The notes: generated by a model from the sequence alone, not told the origin. A DNA stretch of 64,000 bases from Flavobacteriales bacterium (GCA_016713875.1 JADJOI010000002.1:128995-192994), one strand, 5' to 3'; positions 19,325 through 31,101 are shown, counted from the stretch's first letter. A program made the numbers and translations.

Positions 19325-20457
19325 TCGGAACCCGCACCCGCATCCTCGCAGCCATCGCCTTCGGCGTGATGGCCATCGCCAGTTGCCGCAAGCCCGGCCC
19401 GGACCCGCCCTCGGGAGGTGGGGGTGGCGGCAGCAACGGGCCTGTCTATGACCCAACGCCCTACCCACTGGTGACACCCGCGAACTTCCCGCCGATGCTG
19501 ATCCCGGCGGACAACCCGATCACGGTGAAAGGGGTGGAACTGGGACGCTACCTGTTCTATGAGGAGCGCCTGAGCGGGGACAACACGCAGAGTTGCTCGA
19601 GCTGCCATGCGCCCGCCACGGCCTTCAGCGACGGTCCGAACGCCTTCAGCCTGGGCATCGATGGCATCGAGGGCCGGCGCAACAGCATGGCCCTGATGAA
19701 CCTAGGCTGGGAGACGAGCTTTTTCTGGGATGGTCGCAAGGCCACGCTGGAGGAGCAGATCCTGATGCCCGTGATCGACCCGGTGGAGATGCACGAGATC
19801 TGGCCGAACGCGGTGGCGAAGCTGCAGGCGGACAGCGCGTACAGGGCCTTGTTCATCGAGGCGTTCAACACCGAGGTCATCGACAGCACGCTGGTGGCGA
19901 AGGCGATCGCGCAATTCCTGCGCACCATGATCAGCGCCAACTCCAAGGTGGACAAGGTGGCGCGAGGCGAGGCGGTCTTCACCCAGCAGGAGCAGCGCGG
20001 CTTCATCCTTACGCAGCTCGAAGGTGGTGATCCCGCGGCGGGCCAGGGCGGCCAATGGGGCGCCGACTGCTTCCACTGCCATACGCAGGTGGGTGGCCTG
20101 TTCACGAACGGCCAGTTCGAGAACAACGGACTGGATTCCATCTTCACGGACCTGGGGCGGTATGAGGTCACCGCCGATCCGTTGGACCGGGCCAAGTTCA
20201 AGGTGCCCACCCTGCGCAACGTGGCGCTCTCGGGGCCCTACATGCACGACGGCCGCTTCCAGACCCTGGAGGAGGTGATCGGGCACTACAACTCGGGCGG
20301 CATCCCGTCGGAGACCATCAGCCCCTTCATGAAGCATACGCAGGGCGGTCTGCAGCTGCCTGCGTCGGACAAGGCGGCGTTGGTGGCCTTCCTGAACGCG
20401 CTCACGGACCACGACTTCGTGAACGATCCGCGCTTTCAGGACCCCGGCACGCCCTGA
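19321..20457 (+). CDS. Di-haem cytochrome c peroxidase family lipoprotein, copy 2 (paralog)
   Basis: Lipobox IASC. Haem motifs CSSCH and CFHCH are present. …PTLRNVALSGPYMHDGRF… is conserved. The start overlaps the previous stop as ATGA. Confidence 0.8.
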   Translation: MIGTRTRILAAIAFGVMAIASCRKPGPDPPSGGGGGGSNGPVYDPTPYPLVTPANFPPMLIPADNPITVKGVELGRYLFYEERLSGDNTQSCSSCHAPATAFSDGPNAFSLGIDGIEGRRNSMALMNLGWETSFFWDGRKATLEEQILMPVIDPVEMHEIWPNAVAKLQADSAYRALFIEAFNTEVIDSTLVAKAIAQFLRTMISANSKVDKVARGEAVFTQQEQRGFILTQLEGGDPAAGQGGQWGADCFHCHTQVGGLFTNGQFENNGLDSIFTDLGRYEVTADPLDRAKFKVPTLRNVALSGPYMHDGRFQTLEEVIGHYNSGGIPSETISPFMKHTQGGLQLPASDKAALVAFLNALTDHDFVNDPRFQDPGTP

Positions 20458-21939
20458 TCAGGCCGCCTGTTCCACCGCCGAGGATGGGCGCCACGTGCGG
20501 CTCAGCATGCGGTCGCCGAACACTTCCGGCTTGAAGATGCTGGTGCCCATCAGGATGCGGGCGCATTCCTGCACCCCCTCGGTGATGCTGGGGTGCGGAT
20601 GGACGAGTTCGGCCAGGTGCTGGATGCCCTGGCCCATATGCATCAGCAGGGCCACCGCCTCGATGGCGCTGGAGGCATGCTCGCCCACGGCGCGCATGCC
20701 CAGGATATGCATGTGCTCATCGTCGGTGACGATCACCTTGAAGAAGCCCTGGGTGCGCCGCATGGCGATGGCACGGGCCAGGCAGCTATAATCGATCCGG
20801 GCCACGCGGTGCGCGATGCCCTGGCGGCGGCACTCCTGTTCGTTCAGCCCCACCCCGGCCACTTCCGGATCGAGGAACATGATGCTGCTGACCTGCCCAT
20901 AGCTGATGGGTTTGGGTTGCCGGCCGGCGATGAGCTCGGCGGCATGACGGCCTTCCAGCTCACCGAGGTTCACCAGCATGTTGCTGCCCGTCGCATCGCC
21001 CACCACCAGGATGTGGTCCTGTGCGGTGCGGATGCCGTCCACGGCCAGGGCTCCGGTGCGCGGGTCCACGGTGAGCCCGGCCTGTTCAAGACCAAGGCCG
21101 TGAAGGTTGGGCGTACGTCCCACGGACAACAGGGCCTTCTCCACGGTGACGCGCTCGGTGCCGCCGTTCGCGTAGCTCAGGTCGTACTCCACCCCGTGGG
21201 GCATGGCTTCCAGGCGTTCGAGCTTGGCGGAGCGGTGGATCACCACACCGTTGCGTTCCAGGTTGCCGGCCACCAGCTCACTGATGTCGGCGTCCTCGAA
21301 GGGCAGGATGCGCTCGGCGCGGTCGATGAGGTGCACGCGGGTGCGGCCCAGGTGGCTGAGGATGGTGGCGAACTCGCAGCCGATGACGCCTGCGCCGACG
21401 ATGACGATGCTCTCCGGAAGCTCATCGAGCTGGAAGATGCCATCGCTGGTGAGGATGCGTCGTTCATCGGCCGCCAGGCCCGGAAGTGAACGGGGCTTGG
21501 AGCCTGTGGCGATCACCACATGGTCCGCCTCGATCACCCGGCGCTGGCCGGCCAGGTCGATGGCCACGAGATGCGGTCCGATGAAGGACGCGTTGCCACG
21601 GGCGTGCTGGAACAGGCGGCCTTGACTTTCCAGCAGCTGCATGTGGCATGCATAGAGGTATTTGCGTTCGAAGACGGCCTCGTTCACCGAGCGGGTGATG
21701 CCCGACCACGACGGTTGAAAGGGCGGGATGCCGCGGGTGCGGACCATGGCGTTGGTGCTGGCCACACGTTGGGCGATCTCCCACAGCGTCTTGGACATCA
21801 GCGCGCCGTTGTAGATGCCGGTGCCACCGATGCGGTCCTTCTCCACCAGCAGGGTGCGCAGGCCAAGATCGATGGCGCGCATGGCGGCCGCATAGCCGGC
21901 GGGCCCACCACCGATGACGCATAGGTCGAATCGTTCCAT
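20458..21939 (-). CDS. Dihydrolipoamide dehydrogenase-family FAD/NAD(P) oxidoreductase lacking the redox-active disulfide
   Basis: FAD-binding GXGXXG (DLCVIGGGPAGYAAA), an NAD-binding site (IVIVGAGVIGCEFA) and a C-terminal His-Pro-His-Pro-Ser…Glu interface motif are all present. The canonical GGTCLNVGCIPSK is replaced by GGTGIYNGALMSK, so both Cys are missing. Confidence 0.8.
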   Translation of the reverse strand: MERFDLCVIGGGPAGYAAAMRAIDLGLRTLLVEKDRIGGTGIYNGALMSKTLWEIAQRVASTNAMVRTRGIPPFQPSWSGITRSVNEAVFERKYLYACHMQLLESQGRLFQHARGNASFIGPHLVAIDLAGQRRVIEADHVVIATGSKPRSLPGLAADERRILTSDGIFQLDELPESIVIVGAGVIGCEFATILSHLGRTRVHLIDRAERILPFEDADISELVAGNLERNGVVIHRSAKLERLEAMPHGVEYDLSYANGGTERVTVEKALLSVGRTPNLHGLGLEQAGLTVDPRTGALAVDGIRTAQDHILVVGDATGSNMLVNLGELEGRHAAELIAGRQPKPISYGQVSSIMFLDPEVAGVGLNEQECRRQGIAHRVARIDYSCLARAIAMRRTQGFFKVIVTDDEHMHILGMRAVGEHASSAIEAVALLMHMGQGIQHLAELVHPHPSITEGVQECARILMGTSIFKPEVFGDRMLSRTWRPSSAVEQAA

Positions 21940-22034
21940 GGGGGAAGGGAAGTGGTCGATGGCCGTTGTACGCCGGTCGAAGGCCAGGGTTCGCCGGTAT
22001 CCTTCGCGCCAGGGATGCCGTAGGAAGGGGCGGA

Positions 22035-25000
22035 ATGATGCGGACCCCGATGAGCTTCGTGCGCGTGGCCGGCCTGCTGGCGGCCCTGTCCCTGGCGGGC
22101 CGGGGGCAGGCGCAATGCCCGCAGCTCTACGACTATTGGGGCAACCCGAGCGATACCGCCGAGTGGTACAGCTGTTCCGGTGGTCCGTTCACGCTGGTGA
22201 TCGCCTCCCCGCAGAACATCGTCGGCGGCTTCACGATCAACTGGGGCGATGGCAGCCCGCTGCATGTGGGCGGCTCGCTGATCGCCCCGGGCACGGTGAC
22301 GCACGTCTACGCCCCGGCCGTGGCCGAGTACACCGTGACCTTCACCGAACTGGTCAGCGGCTGCGTGGTCACCGGCACCGTGATCATGGAGGAGAGCACG
22401 AGCGCCTCCATCCAGATCCCTGTGGGCGGCCTCACCCAGGTCTGCGCCCCGCAGGCGGTGGACTTCATCAACTCCAGCACCAACGTATCGCCGAACACGG
22501 TGTTCACCTGGGATTTCGGCGACGCGAGCACCCAGCTGGTGTACGACCACACCAACCTCGGGCAGACGGTGACGCACACCTACATGCCGGGCACGGTGAG
22601 CTGCGAGACCACGGTGCGTCTATATGCGGAGAACACCTGCAACACGCTGCAAGGTGGACCGAGCGTGGCCACCTTCAACCCGATCCGGGTGTGGGACATC
22701 GACAGTGCGCAGATCGCTCCGAGCGCCACGCTGCTGTGCTGGCCCGACCGGACGGTCACCTTCCTCAACGTCACCGACCGAAACTGCCTTCAGCAGGGCA
22801 ACATCTACCAGCGCTTCGAGTACTGGAACTTCGGTGACTACTGGGGGCAGGGCCACGATTCCATCATCAACTGGGCCCCCTGGCCACCCACCTTTCCGCG
22901 CACCATCCAATATCCGGGCATCGGCACGTACGAGGTGATGCTGCTGGACAGCAACTACTGCGGCATCGACACGGCGTACGTGCAGATCACGATCGTGCCG
23001 CCGCCGAACGTCTCGCTCAGCGCCACGCCGGACACCGTGTGCGCCGGAGGCACGATCGCCTTCGATCAGACGACCGGTGGCGGCGCGAACTTCTTCGAGT
23101 GGGACTTCGGCACGGGAGCCGGCTTCCAGTGGACCGGCGCAGGTGATCAGTCGCACACCTATGGCACACCGGGCACCTTCGTGGTCTCCTACGCCGCCAG
23201 CATCCAGGGCGCCACCGCGGGTTGCGCCGATACCGCTTCAGTGACCGTCGTGGTGCTGCCCAGCCCCACGGCGGACTTCACCGTGGACCAGGACGCGGCC
23301 TGCGACTCGCTCACGGTGACCTTCACCAACACCTCGGTGAACGCGGTGAGCCATCTGTGGGACCTGGGGGACGGCACGATCATCGCCGCCTTCGAGCCGA
23401 CACCGCACTTCTATGGCACACCGGGCACCTACACGGTGACGCTGACGGTGACGAACTCCGACGGCTGTCAGGACACGCATACGCACGATATCCACGTGTA
23501 TGCCCCGCCAGTGGTGCAGATCGGCGCGCAGAACGTGTGCGAGGGTGTGGCCGCCCAGTTCTCGGACCAGACGGTGACCGAGCCAGGCAACCCGGTGGTG
23601 CAGTGGGCCTGGGACTTCGGCGATGGCGCCACCTCCACGCTGGAGGATCCCACGCATCTCTATGCCGGCAACGGGGGCCATACCGTGACCCTGACCGTGA
23701 CCACGCCCTATTGCGGCGGCACCGGGGTGCAGAACGTGCTGGTGGAAGCCCTGCCCACGGCGGCCTTCCTGCCGGTGCCCAGCATCGGTTGTTCGCCGCT
23801 GGACGTGCAGTTCACCAACACGAGCTCCGGGGCGGTGAGCTACGCCTGGGACTTCGGCGATGGCACCACCAGCACGGCCACCGCGCCGTCGCACATCTTT
23901 CAGAACGCAGGCCCCACCGATGTGGTGGACACCGTGATGCTGATCGCGAGCACATTGTTCGGCTGCTCGGACACGGCCACGGCGCTCATCACCGTGGCCC
24001 CGCCCGTGGTGGCCGGGTTCACCCACAACGCCCTTCCCGGTTGCGCTCCGCTCGATGTGCAGTTCACCAACACCAGCACGGGGGCCGGTTCCTACGCCTG
24101 GGACTTCGGTGATGGCGGTACGAGCACCGCCGTGTCCCCGGCGCATCAGTACGTGAACAACACCTTGCTCCTGCAGACGAACACCGTGCAACTGATCGCC
24201 ACCTCGGCCGCGGGCTGCGTGGACACGGCGAGGACGACGCTGCTGGTGTACCCGATGCCGCAGTTCACCTTCGCCACCCAGCCGGACAGCGGCTGCTCCC
24301 CGCTCACGGTCACCTTCCCCACGATCGTCGGGGCGGTGAGCCACCAGTGGGATTTCGGTGACGGTGCCACGGGCACGGGTCCCTCGCCCACGCACACCTA
24401 CCTCAACATCACGGGAGCCGTGGTGACCTACCCGGTGACAATGATCGGGGCGAACGCCTTCGGCTGCGTGGACACCACCTATGACCAGGTGACCGTGTTC
24501 CCCATGCCCACGGCGGCCTTCACCACCGATCTGCTGCAGGGTTGCCACCCGCTCACCGCACAGCTCACGAACACGAGCCAGGGGGCGGTCGCGTTCAACT
24601 GGAGCTACGGCGACGGCGGTACCTCGGACACGTCGGCCGCGGTGCATGGGCACACCTGGTCCAACTTCCTGACCGCGCCGCAGACGTTCACCATCGGGCT
24701 GACGGCCGCGAACGTGCATGGATGCAGCGCCACGGCCACAGGCCAGGTGCAGGTGTACCCGGCGGTGATCGCCCAGTTCACGGCCGACACGGTGGGCTGT
24801 GCGCCCTTCGATCCGGACCTCGCGAACCTCTCCATCGGTGCCACGAGCCACTTCTGGACCTTCGGGGACGGTGGGGCCAGCTCGCAACCGAGCCCGGCGC
24901 ACACCTACCTCAACCAAGGCCTCGCCGATGTGGTGTTCACCCCCACGCTCGTGGCCACCTCCTCTTACGGATGCAGCGATACGGCCCAGGTGGACGTGTT

Positions 25001-26567
25001 GGTGCATCCAGCGCCGATCGCCCAGTTCGTGCCGAGCGCGCTGGCCGGTTGCCAGCCATTCCCACTGAGCGCGCAGGACCTGTCGATCGGGGCGACGACG
25101 ATCATCTGGACCTGGGGTGACGGCACCCAGCAGAGCGGAGCTCCGGGCAACGTGGCGCACACCTATGCCCATGCCGACAGCGTGCCGGTGTCCTTCACCA
25201 TCACCCAGGTGGGCACGAGCGTACACGGTTGCATGGACACGGCGCAGGCGGTGATCCAGGTGTATCCGGCGATCACGGCCGCGTTCACAGCCCCCGCCGA
25301 CGGGTGTTCGCCGCTGGCCTATACGCCAGTGAACATGAGCACGGGGGCCTCGAGCTACCTGTGGGACATGGGCGACGGCGTCACGCTCGTGGGCAACGCC
25401 CCCACACATACGTACGTGAACGGCACACCCGCGAACCAGACCTGGACGGTGACGCTGACGGCCACTTCGGCCTGGGGATGCACGGATACCGAGCAGATGA
25501 ACGTGGTGGTGCATCCTTCACCCACCGCGCAGTTCCAGGCCACGCCCTTCATCCAGCAGTTCCCGGCCTCCACGGTGAGCCTGATCAACAACACCGGACC
25601 GGGGCCCTGGACCCACGACTGGAGCATGGGCGATGGCGGCACGCTGAGCGGTGTGCAGCCCGGATCGTACACCTATGGCACCTGGGGCCAGTTCACCATC
25701 ATGCTGGTGGTGACGGACAACGTGTGCAGCGATACGGCGACGCAGGTGGTGACCATCGAGCCACCCTATCCCACGGCCGCCTTCATCGGTTCGGGGGAGG
25801 GCTGTGCGCCGCTCACCGTGCAGTTCACGAACACCTCGCTCCTCGGGGAGGGCTATCTGTGGAACTTCGGGGACGGTGGTTCGAGCACGGCCGACGATCC
25901 CGTGTATACCTACACCCTGCCGGGCACCTACACCGTGATGCTAACGGCGTACGGGCCGGGCGGCACGGTGAACACGGCGGTGCACATCGATTCCATCGTG
26001 GTGCATCCGAGCGCCACGGCCTACTTCGTGCTGCAGCCAGAGGAGGTGGTGGTGCCCGGGCAGCCGGTGTACTGCTACAACCTGAGCGGCAATGCGGACA
26101 GTTATGCATGGGACTTCGGGGACGGCACCACGAGCGCGCTGCTGAACCCCGTGCACACGTACACCGACCCGGGCAGCTACACCGTGAGCCTGATCGCCAA
26201 CAACGCCTGGAACTGCCCGGACACCTTCGTGGTGGCCGATGCGGTGACCGGCATCGCTTCCGGCGAGATCGCCTTCCCGAACGCGTTCACCCCGAACAGC
26301 GACGGGCCCACGGATGGCCTGTACGACCCGAACTCGATGAGCAACGATTTCTTCTTCCCCGTGCAGGAGGGCGTGGAGGACTACCACCTCCAGGTCTTCA
26401 ACCGCTGGGGTGAGCTGGTCTTCGAGACGTTCGATGTGAAGCAGGGCTGGGACGGCTTCTACCGCGGCCAGCCTGCGAAGCAGGACGTGTACGCCTGGAA
26501 GGCCCGGGCCCGCTTCAGTGACGGCCGGGAGGAGACCTTGAAAGGAGATGTGACCTTGATCCGATGA
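22035..26567 (+). CDS. Giant PKD-repeat cell-surface adhesin (SprB-like) with T9SS type-B / gliding-motility C-terminal domain
   Basis: Signal peptide MMRTPMSFVRVAGLLAALSLAGRGQAQ. More than 15 PKD-like modules each carry W(D/E)FGDG(T/A)… motifs. The C-terminus …FPNAFTPNSDGPTDGLYDP…YHLQVFNRWGELVFET…GWDG…YAWKAR… is a T9SS type-B sorting domain. Confidence 0.8.
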   Translation: MMRTPMSFVRVAGLLAALSLAGRGQAQCPQLYDYWGNPSDTAEWYSCSGGPFTLVIASPQNIVGGFTINWGDGSPLHVGGSLIAPGTVTHVYAPAVAEYTVTFTELVSGCVVTGTVIMEESTSASIQIPVGGLTQVCAPQAVDFINSSTNVSPNTVFTWDFGDASTQLVYDHTNLGQTVTHTYMPGTVSCETTVRLYAENTCNTLQGGPSVATFNPIRVWDIDSAQIAPSATLLCWPDRTVTFLNVTDRNCLQQGNIYQRFEYWNFGDYWGQGHDSIINWAPWPPTFPRTIQYPGIGTYEVMLLDSNYCGIDTAYVQITIVPPPNVSLSATPDTVCAGGTIAFDQTTGGGANFFEWDFGTGAGFQWTGAGDQSHTYGTPGTFVVSYAASIQGATAGCADTASVTVVVLPSPTADFTVDQDAACDSLTVTFTNTSVNAVSHLWDLGDGTIIAAFEPTPHFYGTPGTYTVTLTVTNSDGCQDTHTHDIHVYAPPVVQIGAQNVCEGVAAQFSDQTVTEPGNPVVQWAWDFGDGATSTLEDPTHLYAGNGGHTVTLTVTTPYCGGTGVQNVLVEALPTAAFLPVPSIGCSPLDVQFTNTSSGAVSYAWDFGDGTTSTATAPSHIFQNAGPTDVVDTVMLIASTLFGCSDTATALITVAPPVVAGFTHNALPGCAPLDVQFTNTSTGAGSYAWDFGDGGTSTAVSPAHQYVNNTLLLQTNTVQLIATSAAGCVDTARTTLLVYPMPQFTFATQPDSGCSPLTVTFPTIVGAVSHQWDFGDGATGTGPSPTHTYLNITGAVVTYPVTMIGANAFGCVDTTYDQVTVFPMPTAAFTTDLLQGCHPLTAQLTNTSQGAVAFNWSYGDGGTSDTSAAVHGHTWSNFLTAPQTFTIGLTAANVHGCSATATGQVQVYPAVIAQFTADTVGCAPFDPDLANLSIGATSHFWTFGDGGASSQPSPAHTYLNQGLADVVFTPTLVATSSYGCSDTAQVDVLVHPAPIAQFVPSALAGCQPFPLSAQDLSIGATTIIWTWGDGTQQSGAPGNVAHTYAHADSVPVSFTITQVGTSVHGCMDTAQAVIQVYPAITAAFTAPADGCSPLAYTPVNMSTGASSYLWDMGDGVTLVGNAPTHTYVNGTPANQTWTVTLTATSAWGCTDTEQMNVVVHPSPTAQFQATPFIQQFPASTVSLINNTGPGPWTHDWSMGDGGTLSGVQPGSYTYGTWGQFTIMLVVTDNVCSDTATQVVTIEPPYPTAAFIGSGEGCAPLTVQFTNTSLLGEGYLWNFGDGGSSTADDPVYTYTLPGTYTVMLTAYGPGGTVNTAVHIDSIVVHPSATAYFVLQPEEVVVPGQPVYCYNLSGNADSYAWDFGDGTTSALLNPVHTYTDPGSYTVSLIANNAWNCPDTFVVADAVTGIASGEIAFPNAFTPNSDGPTDGLYDPNSMSNDFFFPVQEGVEDYHLQVFNRWGELVFETFDVKQGWDGFYRGQPAKQDVYAWKARARFSDGREETLKGDVTLIR

Positions 26568-28177
26568 ATCTGAACCGCATGAGCCACCGCTACCCGTTCC
26601 CGTTCCTGTTGATGCTGATCGCGCCCGTGGCCGCCTGGGGCCAGGCCAACTACACCCGCGTGCACAACCGCATGCTGGACGAGGCCAAGATGCTGCTGGC
26701 GGTGGAGGACCATGTAGAGGCGGCCAAGATCTATCGACGGCTGGAGAACGTGGACACCACGTTCGCCGAGGTGGCGCACGAACTGGGTCTGTGCTATGCG
26801 CAGATCCCCGGTGCACGGCACAAGGCCGCACCCTTGTTCGAGCGTGCGCTCCGGAACGGTCATCCTGAGGCTCTGTACCACCTGGGCCTGGCCCGTCACC
26901 GCCAGGAGCGCTTCGATGAGGCCATCGACCTCCTGAACCGGTACAAGGCCACCAAACACCGGCTGGTGGCCGATGCGGAGGTGGACCGCTCGATGGCCAT
27001 CTGCCGCAATGCGAAGGCGCTGGTGCGCACGCCGGTGGACCTGACCGTCCGGAACCTCGGTGCGCTGATCAATTCACCGGCGCACGACTACTGCCCGCTG
27101 GTGACGGCGGATGGGAACACGATGTACTTCACCTCGCGCCGCGAGGGCACCACCGGAGGCCTGAAGGACCCGAACGGACAGTGGTTCGAGGACATCTACA
27201 TGGCGCGGCGTTTGGACGAGGTGTGGTCGAACGCGGTGAACGCGGGCGTGCCGTTGAACACGGCCCTGCAGGACGCCACGGTGGGCCTTTCCGCCGACGG
27301 CACCAGCATGATCATCTACCGAACGGGGCAGGGCCTGGTGAGCGGCGACCTGTTCGAGAGCAAGCGATCGGTGGCCCTGTGGAACATGCCCGAACTGATG
27401 ACCGAGCGCATCAACAGCGAGCACCACGAACGCAGTGCCACGCTGAGCCCCGATGGGGAGGAGATCTACTTCACGAGCGACCGGCCCGGAGGCTTCGGCG
27501 GGCGTGACCTGTACCGGATCCGGCGCCTGCCCAACGGCGAGTGGAGCCTGCCCTTGAACCTGGGGCCCACGATCAACACGCCGTTCGATGAGGATGCGCC
27601 TTTCCTGCACAGTGACGGCACCACCCTCTTCTTCAGCTCGAACGGCCATGGCACCATGGGCGGCTACGACATCTTCAAGAGCGTGATGCTCGACCACGAC
27701 CAGTGCAGCTGGGGCGATCCGGAGAACATGGGCTACCCGCTGAACACCGTGAACGACGACATCTACTTCTGCCTGAGCGAGGACGGCACCACGGGCTATT
27801 TCTCCTCCGAACGCCCCGGCGGCCTGGGTGCACAGGACATCTACCAGGTGGTCTTCCCCTCGAGCCAGCTGGAGTTCTTCATCGTACGCGGCATCGTGGC
27901 CGACCCGCGCGACGAGCCGTTGCGTGCGCGGATCGTCGTGGAGGACGAGGGGCGCGAGGAGATCGTGGGGGTGTACAACACCAACGCCGCCACGGGCCGC
28001 TACCTGATGGTGCTGAAGCCGGGCGCTCGCTACCACCTGCGCACCGAGGCCGAGGGCCATGCCGCGGTGGAGGAGGTGCTGACGGCCACCGCGCCGGACC
28101 ACGGCCGCGAGATCAGCAAGGAGACCCAGCTGCTGCCCCTGGAACAGGTGGAAGGCATGACCCGGAATGAGCGGTAA
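26564..28177 (+). CDS. TPR + WD40-like (PD40/TolB-type) beta-propeller repeat protein, secreted; lacks a C-terminal OmpA domain
   Basis: N-terminal signal peptide, TPR-like helices (…EAAKIYRRLEN…HPEALYHLGLARHRQERFDEAIDLL…), and repeated PD40 motifs (…DGNTMYFTSRR…, …DGEEIYFTSDRPGG…, …DGTTLFFSSNGHG…, …DGTTGYFSSERPGG…). The start overlaps the adhesin stop as ATGA. Confidence 0.7.
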   Translation: MNLNRMSHRYPFPFLLMLIAPVAAWGQANYTRVHNRMLDEAKMLLAVEDHVEAAKIYRRLENVDTTFAEVAHELGLCYAQIPGARHKAAPLFERALRNGHPEALYHLGLARHRQERFDEAIDLLNRYKATKHRLVADAEVDRSMAICRNAKALVRTPVDLTVRNLGALINSPAHDYCPLVTADGNTMYFTSRREGTTGGLKDPNGQWFEDIYMARRLDEVWSNAVNAGVPLNTALQDATVGLSADGTSMIIYRTGQGLVSGDLFESKRSVALWNMPELMTERINSEHHERSATLSPDGEEIYFTSDRPGGFGGRDLYRIRRLPNGEWSLPLNLGPTINTPFDEDAPFLHSDGTTLFFSSNGHGTMGGYDIFKSVMLDHDQCSWGDPENMGYPLNTVNDDIYFCLSEDGTTGYFSSERPGGLGAQDIYQVVFPSSQLEFFIVRGIVADPRDEPLRARIVVEDEGREEIVGVYNTNAATGRYLMVLKPGARYHLRTEAEGHAAVEEVLTATAPDHGREISKETQLLPLEQVEGMTRNER

Positions 28178-29171
28178 GCGATCCACGCTGCTGGCCCTGT
28201 TGATGGGTACCGCGGCCTGTGCGCATGCGCAGGACCCGCAGTTCACCCAGTTCTACGCCATGCCCACTTACGTGAGCCCGGCCTTCGCGGGCACCGGCCT
28301 GCAGAGCCGGTTCGGGCTGGCCTGGCGCGATCAGTGGCCGAGCATCCCAGGGGCCTTCGTGAGCTACAACGCCGCGTGGGACCACTATATGCAGAACCTC
28401 AACAGCGGCGTGGGCCTGCTGATGACGCATGACCGGGCGGGGACCGGCGCGCTGCGCTACACCAGCGTCGCCGCGCAGTACGCGTATGAGATCGAGCTCA
28501 AGCGCAAGGTGTTCATCCGGCCCGCGATGCAGTTCGGCTTCGTGAACCATGCCGTGGACCTCAGCAAGCTCACCTTCGGCGACCAGCTGGCCCGGGGCGG
28601 GGCGGTGCCCACGCAGGAGTACGCCGACGGCAGGAGCATCCGCTACGGCGACATCGGCGCGGGGATCCTGTTCTTCACCCCCAAGCTGTGGCTCGGCGCC
28701 TCGATGCACCACCTCAATGAGCCGAACCAGTCGCTGCTGCTGAACGAAAGCACCGTGCCGCGCAAGTTCAGCCTGCACGGCGGGTACCGCATGCGCCTCC
28801 TGGGGCGCGTGATCAAGCAGCACGCCGAGCATGTGGTGCTGGCGTTCAACTATCGCGCGCAGGGCCGCTACGACCAGCTGGACATCGGTGCCTACTACGA
28901 ACGGGAGCCCTTCTTCGCAGGGTTGTGGTACAGGGGCATCCCGGTGTTCAAGTCGTATGCGCCGGGCTACGGCAATACCGATGCGCTGGCCGTCCTCCTG
29001 GGCTTCATGGTGAAGGACCTGAGGGTGGGCTACAGCTACGACCTCACGCTGTCCCGCCTCGCCGGCCGCACCGGTGGGGCGCACGAGATCACCCTCGGGT
29101 ACGAGCTCGCCGACCGGCGGAGGAAGAAGTCCATCGCCAAGCGCCGCGTGGTGCCCTGTGCCAAGTTCTGA
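28167..29171 (+). CDS. PorP/SprF-family type IX secretion system outer-membrane protein
   Basis: Signal peptide followed by …QDPQFTQFYAMPTYVSPAFAG…, the hallmark PorP/SprF N-terminus. The predicted beta-barrel has a C-terminal aromatic residue. The gene lies immediately downstream of the type-B adhesin, matching the SprB-SprF arrangement. Confidence 0.8.
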   Translation: MSGKRSTLLALLMGTAACAHAQDPQFTQFYAMPTYVSPAFAGTGLQSRFGLAWRDQWPSIPGAFVSYNAAWDHYMQNLNSGVGLLMTHDRAGTGALRYTSVAAQYAYEIELKRKVFIRPAMQFGFVNHAVDLSKLTFGDQLARGGAVPTQEYADGRSIRYGDIGAGILFFTPKLWLGASMHHLNEPNQSLLLNESTVPRKFSLHGGYRMRLLGRVIKQHAEHVVLAFNYRAQGRYDQLDIGAYYEREPFFAGLWYRGIPVFKSYAPGYGNTDALAVLLGFMVKDLRVGYSYDLTLSRLAGRTGGAHEITLGYELADRRRKKSIAKRRVVPCAKF

Positions 29172-29177
29172 GCCGGG

Positions 29178-31085
<1,908 letters not shown>

Positions 31086-31101
31086 GGGTTCGGCCTTCGG
31101 C

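Noticed and set aside
22035-26567. Periodic WDFGDG-containing repeats considered as a possible CRISPR or non-coding repeat array
   Set aside because: The repeats are about 240-270 nt, in-frame and protein-coding (PKD domains). There are no short direct repeats with unique spacers and no cas genes nearby.
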